The position numbers and the translations under genes were made by a program. From Candidatus Lindowbacteria bacterium RIFCSPLOWO2_12_FULL_62_27 (GTDB lineage: Bacteria > Lindowbacteria > 2-12-FULL-62-27), in contig MFPR01000004.1 of assembly GCA_001784175.1 (NCBI GenBank), forward strand, positions 124,001 through 188,000: a stretch of DNA of 64,000 nt, in the 5' to 3' direction. The notes under the pieces are model-generated. The model had not been told where the DNA came from. It saw only the letters and a list, made by a program, of their open reading frames with translations, and did no database searches. Positions 8,786 to 18,500 of this stretch are shown here, piece by piece. Every line of letters starts with the position of its first letter. The first letter of the stretch is position 1.

Positions 8786-10843
8786 CTAGCTCCCCTGAAT
8801 CGCCGCCAGAAACTGCGGGCCGTACTTGGCGGAGTTTTTGGGGCCGAAGCCGCGGATGCGGCGGAGGTCGTCCAAGGATCGAGGCCGGGCGCGAGAGAGG
8901 TCGCGGAGCATCCGGTCGTGGGCGACGCAGTACGGCGGCAGGCCCTCAGCGTCGGCCAGAGACTTGCGGAGTTTTCGGAGGCGTTCGAACAGGGCCGTTG
9001 CGGGGGCGTCGAGCGGTTCGTCGGAGGCGGGCGCCTGTTCGCGAATGACCAACGACGATGTGGCGCCTTGCGGGTCCCGTTCACGGGATTTCTTTTTTCG
9101 GACCGACACGGCCGGCTCCGTCTTTTGACCTTTCATCGGCGACCGGACATCGGACCGGCAGATGTCGCAGACGCCGCATTTGTATCGGAGCGGGCGGCCG
9201 GTGAAATAGTCGAGGATGAATCCACGCCGGCAGGTGCGGGTGTTGTAGGCGTAGGCGACCACGCGTTTCAGCCGCATTCCGTCGAGAACCTTTTTCCGCG
9301 TCAGCGCCGGCCAGTCGATCTCCAGTTCCTCCTTTTTCGGCGGGATGGGACGGATGGCGCGGCCTCGGAAGGGGGGCGAATAGGAGAGAATCCCGGCGCG
9401 GTCGAGTTCAGACAGGTGCCGGGAAAGCGCCGGCCAGTCGAGTCCCATGATCCGGCAGAGATCGTTCCTTGAAACATCAACGCCGTCGAGAAGGTCCTCG
9501 TCGAAGGCCTCATGGAGGACTTGGAGAATCCGGGACTTGACCGAATCGCTGTCCTTTCCGTGCGGCTCCCACGACAGGCGTTTGACATGCGCCGGATTTT
9601 CCCCGCTGCGCCCGCGTTCGATGAGTCCGTGCCGTTCGAGGATGACGACGGCCGTGTGGACCTGCATGTCGTTTCGAAGGCCGAGAGATTCGGCGATTTC
9701 GCGGGTCGATATTTCGACCGGCTCGCCGTCCGGCGCCAGGTCCCATATTTTTTCGTAGAGCGACTCGACCAGGTCCCTCGGCGGGTTGGAGCCTTCGATG
9801 AAAAACTCCTGCGTGCGGGTGTCGGCGTAGTTGAACAAGAGAAGCCCGCGGCAGGGATATCCGTCGCGCCCGGCCCGGCCGACTTCCTGATAGTAGCTCT
9901 CGACCGATCCCGGCACGTCGTAGTGCGCGACCAGCCGGATGTCCCGCTTGTCGATGCCCATCCCGAACGCCACCGTCGCGACGATGACCGGGACTTCGTC
10001 CCGCATGAACGCCTGCTGGACCCGCTCGCGTTCGGTGTCCTCCAGCCCCGCATGGTACACGAGACAGGGCCGGTTGGGGCGGCTCAGAGCCTTGGCGACT
10101 TTTTCCGTGTTTTTCCGGGTGGCCGTATAAACGATGGCCGGCGTGCCGTTTTCCGCCAGGGCCTCTTCCAGACATTCGTATTTGACGTCCTGGCCGGGAC
10201 AGGCCGCGACGTCGAGGATGAGATTGGCACGATCGAACCCCGCGAGGAAATCGACCGGCGATTCCAATCCAAGCCCCGCCGCGATGTCCTTGCGGACTTC
10301 CGGCGTGGCGGTTGCGGTGAAGGCGGCGATGGGAGGCCGGCCGACCCGCTTTGCCGCGGCGGCCAGGCGAAGATAGTGCGGCCGGAAATCGTGGCCCCAC
10401 TGGGACACGCAGTGCGCTTCGTCCACGACAAAGAGGGACACGTCGATGTCGGACAGCGCGCTCAGGAAACGCTGGGAAGCGAACCGTTCGGGAGCGACAT
10501 ACAATATTTTCACGTCCCCGCGCCGGAGGGCCACGAGGCAGGCAACCTGTTCGTCGAACGAAAGCGATGAATTCACGAACGCCGCCGGCAGGTTCAGCTT
10601 TTTGAGCGCGGAAACCTGGTCGGCCATGAGCGAAATGAGGGGCGAAACGACCAGGGTCGCACCGGGCAATAGAAGCGCGGGCATCTGATAGCAGAGCGAT
10701 TTGCCGTATCCGGTCGGCATCACGGCGAGGACGTCCTGCCCGTCCAGAATGGACCGCACCACATCCTCCTGGCCGGGACGGAATTCTGAAATGCCGAACC
10801 GGGCGGTCAATACTTCGGAGAGGTTGAGAACTTCAGATTCCAT
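8786..10843 (-). CDS. recQ: RecQ-family ATP-dependent DNA helicase with C-terminal HRDC domain
   Basis: MPTGYGKSLCYQ, VDEAHCVSQWGHDFRP, TATAT, QEVGRAGRDG, Zn-binding CRR...CGVCDIC and an HRDC tail. Confidence 0.92.
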   Translation of the reverse strand: MESEVLNLSEVLTARFGISEFRPGQEDVVRSILDGQDVLAVMPTGYGKSLCYQMPALLLPGATLVVSPLISLMADQVSALKKLNLPAAFVNSSLSFDEQVACLVALRRGDVKILYVAPERFASQRFLSALSDIDVSLFVVDEAHCVSQWGHDFRPHYLRLAAAAKRVGRPPIAAFTATATPEVRKDIAAGLGLESPVDFLAGFDRANLILDVAACPGQDVKYECLEEALAENGTPAIVYTATRKNTEKVAKALSRPNRPCLVYHAGLEDTERERVQQAFMRDEVPVIVATVAFGMGIDKRDIRLVAHYDVPGSVESYYQEVGRAGRDGYPCRGLLLFNYADTRTQEFFIEGSNPPRDLVESLYEKIWDLAPDGEPVEISTREIAESLGLRNDMQVHTAVVILERHGLIERGRSGENPAHVKRLSWEPHGKDSDSVKSRILQVLHEAFDEDLLDGVDVSRNDLCRIMGLDWPALSRHLSELDRAGILSYSPPFRGRAIRPIPPKKEELEIDWPALTRKKVLDGMRLKRVVAYAYNTRTCRRGFILDYFTGRPLRYKCGVCDICRSDVRSPMKGQKTEPAVSVRKKKSRERDPQGATSSLVIREQAPASDEPLDAPATALFERLRKLRKSLADAEGLPPYCVAHDRMLRDLSRARPRSLDDLRRIRGFGPKNSAKYGPQFLAAIQGS

Positions 10844-10861
10844 GCGCGAGCCGCGCCGCTC

Positions 10862-11914
10862 TTACTTTTCCTCAGCCCCTGAATCACCGTTATCGCCGGC
10901 TTCGGTGTTGACAAGCGCGGCGCCTTCCTCGCGCAGTTTCCGCCGGACTTCCTGCTCGATCTGGGCAAGCATCTGCGCGTTATCCTCTATGAATAAACGC
11001 GCGGCCTCCCGGCCCTGGCCGATTTTTTCGCCGTTGTAGGAAAGCCATGCGCCGGACTTTTTGACGACGCCCTGCAAAAGCGCGGCCTCGATCGCGCATC
11101 CGGCCCGGGACACGCCCTGGCCGAAGTAGAGATCGAACTCGGCGGACCGAAACGGCGGCGCGACTTTGTTCTTTACGACCTTGATCCGCACGCGGTTGCC
11201 GACGACTTCCGCTCCCTTTTTGAGCTGTTCAATCCGGCGGATGTCAAGCCGGACGGAGGAGTAGAATTTGAGGGCGCGCCCGCCGGGCGTGGTTTCGGGG
11301 CTGCCGAACATGACGCCGATTTTTTCGCGGAGCTGGTTGATGAAGAAACAGGTCGTCTTGGACCGCGCGATGGCGGCGGTGAGTTTCCGGAGCGCCTGAG
11401 ACATGAGGCGCGCCTGAAGGCCCATGTGCTGCTGGCCCATCTCACCCTCAAGTTCAGCCTGCGGCACGAGGGCGGCGACGCTGTCGATCACGATAATGTC
11501 GACGGCGCTGCTGCGGACAAGAGATTCGGTGATTTCGAGCGCCTGTTCGCCGGTATCCGGCTGGGAGATCAGGAGGTTCTGGACGTCGACGCCCAGTTTG
11601 GCGGCGTAGATCGGATCGAGGGCATGTTCGGCGTCGATAAAGGCCGCGATCCCGCCCGTTTTCTGGATGGCCGCGATGATGGTGAGCGTAATGGTCGTCT
11701 TGCCGGAGCTTTCCGGGCCAAAAATTTCAATGACGCGACCGCGGGGAATGCCGTCGACGCCGATGGCCAGATCCAAGGGCAGAATCCCGGTGGGGAGCGC
11801 CTCGACCTCGATGGCCTTTTTGTCTCCGAGGCGCATAATACTGCCGCGGCCAAACCTTTTTTCGATTGAATCCAGAGTCGCTTTCAGGACTTTCAACTTC
11901 TCATCTTCCACCAT
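10862..11914 (-). CDS. recA: Recombinase A
   Basis: [41 protein letters not shown] 11914 with SD GGAGGT. Confidence 0.99.
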   Translation of the reverse strand: MVEDEKLKVLKATLDSIEKRFGRGSIMRLGDKKAIEVEALPTGILPLDLAIGVDGIPRGRVIEIFGPESSGKTTITLTIIAAIQKTGGIAAFIDAEHALDPIYAAKLGVDVQNLLISQPDTGEQALEITESLVRSSAVDIIVIDSVAALVPQAELEGEMGQQHMGLQARLMSQALRKLTAAIARSKTTCFFINQLREKIGVMFGSPETTPGGRALKFYSSVRLDIRRIEQLKKGAEVVGNRVRIKVVKNKVAPPFRSAEFDLYFGQGVSRAGCAIEAALLQGVVKKSGAWLSYNGEKIGQGREAARLFIEDNAQMLAQIEQEVRRKLREEGAALVNTEAGDNGDSGAEEK

Positions 11915-11935
11915 ATGATTCCACCTCCCGTTTTG

Positions 11936-11956
11936 GGGTCTCCAAGTTGGAGACCC
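11936..11956. promoter_or_regulatory. Perfect palindrome upstream of recA (candidate operator)
   Basis: GGGTCTCCAA-G-TTGGAGACCC, about 20 nt upstream of the recA start. Confidence 0.5.
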
Positions 11957-12074
11957 TGTTCCCATGGCCGGCACCGTAACTTTGGGCGCAGCCGCCGTCA
12001 AACAAAATCTGTTCGGCATCCGCGCCGGCGGCCTTCACCTCCGTGTGGTGGCCGCCGCGGGTTGCCGGTTTCCA

Positions 12075-12254
12075 TCATGCGACCTGCGCGGGCGTTTTCG
12101 TGTATTTTTCGACGAAGGCCTTGATGTCGTCGATGCGTTCGAGGATCATCCGCGCTTTTTTGACCCCGAACTTGAATCCAAATTTGTCGTCCGAATCGCG
12201 GTAGACCCCGATCAGGGGGCTCCCGTTGTACTCCGTTTCCCTCACTTCACTCAT
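12075..12254 (-). CDS. Small hypothetical protein (59 aa), missing from the ORF track
   Basis: SD GGAGGT, then MSEVRETEYNGSPLIGVYRDSDDKFGFKFGVKKARMILERIDDIKAFVEKYTKTPAQVA*; GC-rich third positions. Confidence 0.8.
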   Translation of the reverse strand: MSEVRETEYNGSPLIGVYRDSDDKFGFKFGVKKARMILERIDDIKAFVEKYTKTPAQVA

Positions 12255-12323
12255 GGCGACACCTCCAGAAATTTTTTGTCCGCCGGCGGCGGACTTGAAG
12301 TTCGCGACAGTCGCGAAAATAGA

Positions 12324-12875
12324 TCATGGGAATTGGGCGTCCAGAAACGTCATGACGCTCTGCCGGATATTCCCGCCGGCCGCGGGATCCATCGTGAGAT
12401 AAACACCTTCCTGTATCTTGAAACACCGGACAGATTCGGGCGCGGCCGGACGAACCGGGGGAGCGCCGGGATCGGGCCTGGGCCAGAGATCCAGCGCCGG
12501 GTCGACCGAGGCTTCGCGCATGGCCCGGTCCACGACGACGGGATCGACATCCGCGACCGCGGACAGCCGACGGAGGGGCGCGCGCCGGAGCCTCTCCTGG
12601 ATGGCGCGAATCCCGTGCCCCTGGGACTGGAGCCGCTTGATGGCGATAAGTTCGATGAGGTGCCTGCGGCCGTACAGCGCGCGGCGCCCATCAAACCGGG
12701 CCGGGCGCGACAGAAGGCCGAGCGCGGTGTAGTAGCGCGCGGTGCGTTCGTCCGGCAGATCGCGGACGCGGGAGGGGAGATCCGCGAGTTTGATGGAGAA
12801 GAGCGCGCGGTGAAGGGCGGCGATGAGATTACGAAGCCGGATTTGGGTCTCGATACGTCGGGGTTTCTTTTTCAT
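12324..12875 (-). CDS. MerR-type HTH transcriptional regulator
   Basis: DERTARYYTALGLLSRP...RALYGRRHLIELIAIKRLQSQG. Confidence 0.75.
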   Translation of the reverse strand: MKKKPRRIETQIRLRNLIAALHRALFSIKLADLPSRVRDLPDERTARYYTALGLLSRPARFDGRRALYGRRHLIELIAIKRLQSQGHGIRAIQERLRRAPLRRLSAVADVDPVVVDRAMREASVDPALDLWPRPDPGAPPVRPAAPESVRCFKIQEGVYLTMDPAAGGNIRQSVMTFLDAQFP

Positions 12876-12890
12876 CTTGTCCCTATTATA

Positions 12891-12936
12891 ACACTGTTAT
12901 ATGACAGTGTCAAATACAATATCGAATAATATTGTA
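12891..12936. promoter_or_regulatory. Two adjacent dyads in an AT-rich divergent promoter
   Basis: ACACTGT-N6-ACAGTGT (12891-12910) and TACAATAT-N6-ATATTGTA (12915-12936). Confidence 0.55.
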
Positions 12937-12985
12937 ATCCTGCGATATTCAACTAAATATATGAAAGAGAGGCGGGAGAACATCC

Positions 12986-14155
12986 ATGACGAAGAGAAAA
13001 TGCCGATGCCGGATGACCGGCGCGATCGTCGTACTGTTCGTTGCCGCGGCCTCGCCGCCCCCGGCGGCCGCCGGGCCGGGCGTATCCGAAATGTGGAGCC
13101 GGGGCCGGGCGGAAGGCCGCGGGCCGGTGCGGATCAAAACGTTTCCTCTGCGCGTGGATGAGATCGGCCGGATTGCGCCGCTGGGCGCGATGGTGCATGG
13201 CCATGTCACCCCGAGCCATCATCTTGGAATTTCGCCTGTCGATCCGGATGTTCCCCCGGACCATTACGACGTGCTTGCGCCGGCGGACGGGTACATCGTG
13301 TCGATCCAGCGTTCACCGAAAGGCAATCCCGATCCGGGTGTTCGCGGCCGGCGCTACACGGGCGAGTATCTCGTCGTCTTCGAGCACACCGGGACGTTTT
13401 ACACGTACATCGGCCTGATCGAGCGGCTCGACCGTTACGTCACAGAGGAACTCGGCGGCGACCCGCGGCCCGGCCCTCCCGTCGCGGCGCGCATCCGGGT
13501 GAAAGCGGAGCAGGTCATCGGTAAAATGGGCGGCGGCCACGGGCTCGACTTTTCCGTCGTGAACACGGAGACGGCGCTCGCGGGATTTGTGAATCCCGGT
13601 CAATTCAGGAACCGTGACCCGTTCAAGCCGCACATCGTGGATCCCTTCGATTACGTCGACGAGCCGCTTCGCGGGAAACTTCTGGCGCTCAACCCGCGCA
13701 AGACCCGGCCTTACGGCGGCCGGATCGACTACGACGTGGACGGCCGGCTGGCCGGAAACTGGTACCGGGAGGGAGGGGGAGGATACGCGGGGGTTCGCGG
13801 CAAGCTCGACTACTGGTCCGGTCACTTGACGTTTGCGTACCATCACATCGATCCCTCGAAGATCACGGTTTCGATCGGGGACTTTGAAGGCGCGCCGCGG
13901 CAGTTCTGGGTGAAGGGCAACGCGCCCGACCCCGCGGGCGTGTCACCCGAATCCGGCCCCGTGAAATACGAGCTGACCTGGATGCAGATTGGCAGCGACG
14001 GGCGGCGGTTCCAACGTCCGGACATCGACCGGGTTCACGGCGTTGTTCTTGTGAGTCTCATCGAAGGCCGGAAACTGAAGGCCGAATTCTTCCCCGGCCT
14101 GACGGCGGACGCCGTCCAGGGGTTTACCTCCGCCGCGAGCGTGTATGAGAGGTAG
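12986..14155 (+). CDS. Secreted hypothetical protein (M23-like barrel-sandwich features)
   Basis: Signal peptide; VLAPADGYIV...RVKAEQVIGKMG...LDF pattern; SD present. Confidence 0.6.
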   Translation: MTKRKCRCRMTGAIVVLFVAAASPPPAAAGPGVSEMWSRGRAEGRGPVRIKTFPLRVDEIGRIAPLGAMVHGHVTPSHHLGISPVDPDVPPDHYDVLAPADGYIVSIQRSPKGNPDPGVRGRRYTGEYLVVFEHTGTFYTYIGLIERLDRYVTEELGGDPRPGPPVAARIRVKAEQVIGKMGGGHGLDFSVVNTETALAGFVNPGQFRNRDPFKPHIVDPFDYVDEPLRGKLLALNPRKTRPYGGRIDYDVDGRLAGNWYREGGGGYAGVRGKLDYWSGHLTFAYHHIDPSKITVSIGDFEGAPRQFWVKGNAPDPAGVSPESGPVKYELTWMQIGSDGRRFQRPDIDRVHGVVLVSLIEGRKLKAEFFPGLTADAVQGFTSAASVYER

Positions 14156-14191
14156 GGGCGGGCGCAGATACAACCGACCGGGGCTTGCGTG

Positions 14192-15133
14192 TCATCCAAA
14201 GACGACACGGATTTCATCGCGTTTGTCCTGAACCATCCGTTCCAGGGACGGCTCGTCCAAAAGTCCGTCGGCGGCGCCCGTGGCGCCGATTTTCCACGAG
14301 GCGTAGATGGAGGCTCTCAGGATCGATTCAAGGGAGTCCGCCGATTTCGCATAAAAGTGGATAAAGGCCGAAAACAAGGCGTCGCCCGCGCCGATCGTCG
14401 TGGCCACCGGGCGCGTCGAAACGGCCGGGACGGTCATGAACACGCCGCTTCTTCGATCAAAGACAAGCGCCCCGGCCGGTCCCAAGCCCACCGCAAGGAT
14501 TCCGGCGCGGTACCGGGCGCGCAGCCGGTCCAGCCACTCGCGCGGGGGGCACGGAAGTTTTTCGTGGCTCATGAACAGCACATCGGCCGCGGCCATGAAA
14601 TCCCGGTTGTAGTCATCGTCCGGATCGGCGATGGCATGGACGTCGGTCGCGATCGGCACGCCCCGCCTTCGGGCGCGGTCGAGAAACGGCCGGGAGAAGT
14701 TGATGTTGCACAGCGCCGCCATCGCGCAGCCATCCAGCGCTTCGTCGAATGCGTCTGCCGGATACGCGCGTTCCTGAATGTCCTTCAGATCCACATGGAT
14801 CTGCCGCCGACCGGCGGGGTCGCACAGGATCACGGATTGGGGGGTTTCGGAGAGACCCGCCAGCACGCGCCGATCCTCCATGTGTTCCGAGCATAGAGCC
14901 CTGCGCGCCAAATCTCCGGGGGCGTCGTGGCCGATCAGGGACAGAAACCGCACCTCGTCCCCCAGCGCCGTCAGGGCCTTGGCGACGTTGAAGCCAACTC
15001 CGGAAACCGTGCTCCGGACACCGTGAAAGGGATACCGCACCGGCTCATACGCGACGGGGAAGCCCTCCACCCGGAGGGTCGTTTCGATGTTGATGAGGCC
15101 GGAAACCAGGATGCGCGCCATCGCCAGACCCAT
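14192..15133 (-). CDS. PfkB-family carbohydrate kinase
   Basis: SGVGFNVAKALTALG and TTIGAGDALF signatures. Confidence 0.9.
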   Translation of the reverse strand: MGLAMARILVSGLINIETTLRVEGFPVAYEPVRYPFHGVRSTVSGVGFNVAKALTALGDEVRFLSLIGHDAPGDLARRALCSEHMEDRRVLAGLSETPQSVILCDPAGRRQIHVDLKDIQERAYPADAFDEALDGCAMAALCNINFSRPFLDRARRRGVPIATDVHAIADPDDDYNRDFMAAADVLFMSHEKLPCPPREWLDRLRARYRAGILAVGLGPAGALVFDRRSGVFMTVPAVSTRPVATTIGAGDALFSAFIHFYAKSADSLESILRASIYASWKIGATGAADGLLDEPSLERMVQDKRDEIRVVFG

Positions 15134-15449
15134 GGCCTACCTCATGTGCGCGCACGGGTCAACAGAGCGAGCGCGCCCGGGCGCCGTCGTGCCGATGCCG
15201 ACGTTGCCGGAGGTGGCAAATAGCCGGAGATCAAGGAAGGACACTCATTTCACAGAAGGGAAAAATCAGCCCATGATCGTGGTAAAAGTGGCCGGGCTTT
15301 CTCCCGTACCTCCCTCGCGGCTGATCAACCCGCAGGTTGAATTATGTCCCGCGACTTGAAAACTGTCTTTTCATAGGTGGGTCTTGAAGCTGGTCTTTCC
15401 GCATCGAATTCCCCAGAACCTGTTTCTGTTGCGAAACAACTTAACAACT

Positions 15450-15517
15450 TACGGTCTGGCCCTTGGAGCCGCCCTTGGAGCCGGCCCTTGGAGCCTACGG
15501 TCTGGCCCTTGGAGCCC
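15450..15517. repeat. Short tandem array (GCCCTTGGAGCC x4; first and last units preceded by TACGGTCTG)
   Basis: Read directly from the sequence. Confidence 0.9.
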
Positions 15518-15591
15518 TTTCAATACCAATGTTCAATGCCCAATTTCTACAAATTGAAAATTGAGGATGAGTATTGTCTTTTCTTTTCAAC

Positions 15592-18500
15592 TCACTTGTC
15601 CTTCATCGAATCGATCTGGCTCTGCAATTCCGCGATCCGCTGATCCTGGGCCTGAATGCGCGCCTGTTGTTCCTTGAAGGCGTTCAGCATGGCGAAGATG
15701 ATGGGGTCGTTGTTGAGCATGAGGTATCCCTTGTTGTTCGACTCAACCGCCTCCGGGATGGCCTCTTTGACCTCTTGGGCCACAAGCCCGATGTGCTCGG
15801 CGCCGTCGCGGATGCCGACCGGGTTGTCGGACTTGTACTGATAGCGCACCGGATTGAGCTTCATCAGTTCCGTAGCGCCGGCCTTGAAATCGCCTCTGAC
15901 GTTCTTCAATCGGCCATCGGAGAAGGTCGCCCACGACCCGCCGCCGACCTTGGAGGCGCCGCCGTTGACCGAAAAGGTGGTGTCGGGGTTGTCGGTGCCG
16001 ATGCCGACCTTGTTGTTGGTCGCATCGACGTAAAGGGTCGGCGAATCGACCACCAAGCCGCCGGCGACTTCCAATTTCGTGGAAGGGCTCGTCGTGCCGA
16101 TGCCGACGTTGCCGGCGGCCGTGACGATCGTCTGCCCGGTCAATTCATCAATATTGCCGTCATTGTCGTCATCGAGGCCGTTACCGGGAATCTCGCCGTC
16201 GGAGACCTGGAACCTTCCGGTCGGGCTGGCAATCCCAATCCCGACCCGAATGGCCTGTTTGTTCACCACCAGCACCGTATCCGACACGATCACCGAATCG
16301 GAAAACTTCGCCGTGCCCGCCACATCCAGCTTCGCGGACGGACTGGCGGTCCCGACGCCGACGTTGCTGCTCTTTTTTACAACCAAAAAGGTGTCACCAA
16401 CCGTCAGCGTGTCCGAGATGACCCCACCCTTGACGACGAGACTGTCGCCCGGGGTTGTCGTCCCGATGCCGACGTTGCCGGGCTCTCTGATTTTCATGAC
16501 GGTGACGCCATTATAATTCTGAAAATCGATTCCTGAGCCATTCGCCGAATTATCATCCAGCGACCGGATGATCGTGTACGCCTGATTGGCGTCATTACTG
16601 AATGACCCGATTACATTTCGATCTCCCCAAGGCGTTGTGAATTTGATCCATCGATTCTCGTCCATCGTCACGTCGCCGCCGGGCACGTGGAACCTCGACG
16701 CCGGCGAGGCGGTCCCGATGCCGACGTTGCCGGTCTTTGAATTGACCGTGAACACCGTATCACCGACGGTCATTGAATCCGAAACCCGCGCTGTTCCCAC
16801 GACATGCAATGTATCTGACGGACTTGTCGTGCCGATACCGACTTTGCCGCTTGCCTTGATTTCGAATACGGTCCCCGGCCCTCCTGTGGCGATGCTTAGA
16901 GCCGGTCTTACGGAGGCGGAGCTTCCGCCGGTGATGTCAATGAGAAGTCCGCGAGAACTGCCGGATGGGTCGGTGTTCTTGAATTGAGCCACGTACTGGT
17001 TAACCCCGGAAGTTTGAACATCGAGCGCATAGCCCGGGGCGTCCGTCCCGATGCCGACGTTGCCGCTCTTCTTTACAACCAAAAACGTGTCGCCCACCGT
17101 CAGCGTGTCCGAGATGATCCCGCCTTTGACGTGGAGACTGTCCCCCGGTGCCGTCGTCCCGATGCCGACGTTGCCGGTTTTCTGTATCAGCATGCGGGTG
17201 GTTGCGCTTTGCTCATCCCGGATGTGCAAGTCATCGCTGGCCAGCCGAACGCCGATCTGCCATTCTTCCGCCGTTTCGCCTCCGGTGGCTAACTGCAAGA
17301 CCGCATGGCCATTGGCTTGATCGCCACGTTCGAGCCACACCCCAGCTGTATTCGAAGTCCCGGTTGTCGTGTTCTTGATATTCGCGTACACGCCGGCGCC
17401 ACTCCCAATGATATGCAGTTCGTCTCCCGGATTCGTCGTCCCAATCCCGACGTTGCCGGTCTTTGAATTGACCACAAACACCGTATCGCCGACCGTGATC
17501 GAATCCGAAACGCGCACCGTTCCGGCCACATGCAACGAGTCGCTCGGAGTCGATGTCCCGATTCCCACATTCCCGGCGCTCTTGTAGATGTTCCCGCTCG
17601 CGCCGCCGACCATCGTCCAGTCGGTGTCCGGCGTCGCGCCGCCAGTCGACGTGAACGACGCCCACGATCCGGCCTTGCGGCCCTCGAAGTCCGACCCGCT
17701 CCAGCGGATCGCGCCGTCCGCCGCGCTCGCCGCCGCGTTCGTGTCCATTTGAATCCGGCCCGCGACGTGCAGGCTATCCCCAGGCGCCGTTGTCCCGATG
17801 CCGACGTTGTCGTTGAAGGTCGAGATCCCTTTGACCGCGATGCCCCGGTTTGGGCCCCCGAACTTGGCGTCATATGCCGTGCCGGTATGGGGATCGGTGA
17901 AAGCGCCGTCATGAAACATGGACTGCCCGTTGTTAACTTCAAATTTCGCGTTCGGACTCGCCGTGCCGACGCCGACGTTGCCGCTTTTTAAAACAACCAA
18001 ACTATCCCCCGCCGGTCCGCCCACCGCGAACGAATCCGACACGTGCGCTCCGCCCGAGACGTCCAACCTTGTTCCTGGTGTCGTGCTCCCGATGCCGACG
18101 TTGCCGGTCCGCGTGAAAGCCGCGACGACGGACTGCTCCACCGTGACGGCGTCGTTCACGGTCCCAATCTCCATACGGGCGCCCCGGTTGATGAGCCGAA
18201 AGATCTTGGCGTCTGGCGCCTGGTCGCTTTTTTCGAGAAGCAACTCCGGTTCCACGCTTCCTGCGCTGATATGCAAATGGCGCAGAGGATTCGTCGTCCC
18301 GATGCCAACGTTGCCGCTCTTTGCATTGGCCACGAACACCGTGTCGCCGATCGTCATGGAGTCCGTCACGCGAACCGTTCCGGCCACGTGCAAACTATCT
18401 GACGGACTCATCGTCCGGATGCCGACGTTGCCGGATGTTGTAACAGAGACAAACTCGGTGGTTGGATTACCGGGAACGTACCGTATCCCAAACCGGTTGG

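Noticed and set aside
12894-12907. CTGT...ACAG as an E. coli-type LexA box
   Set aside because: The spacer is 6 nt rather than 8, and it is ~1 kb from recA.
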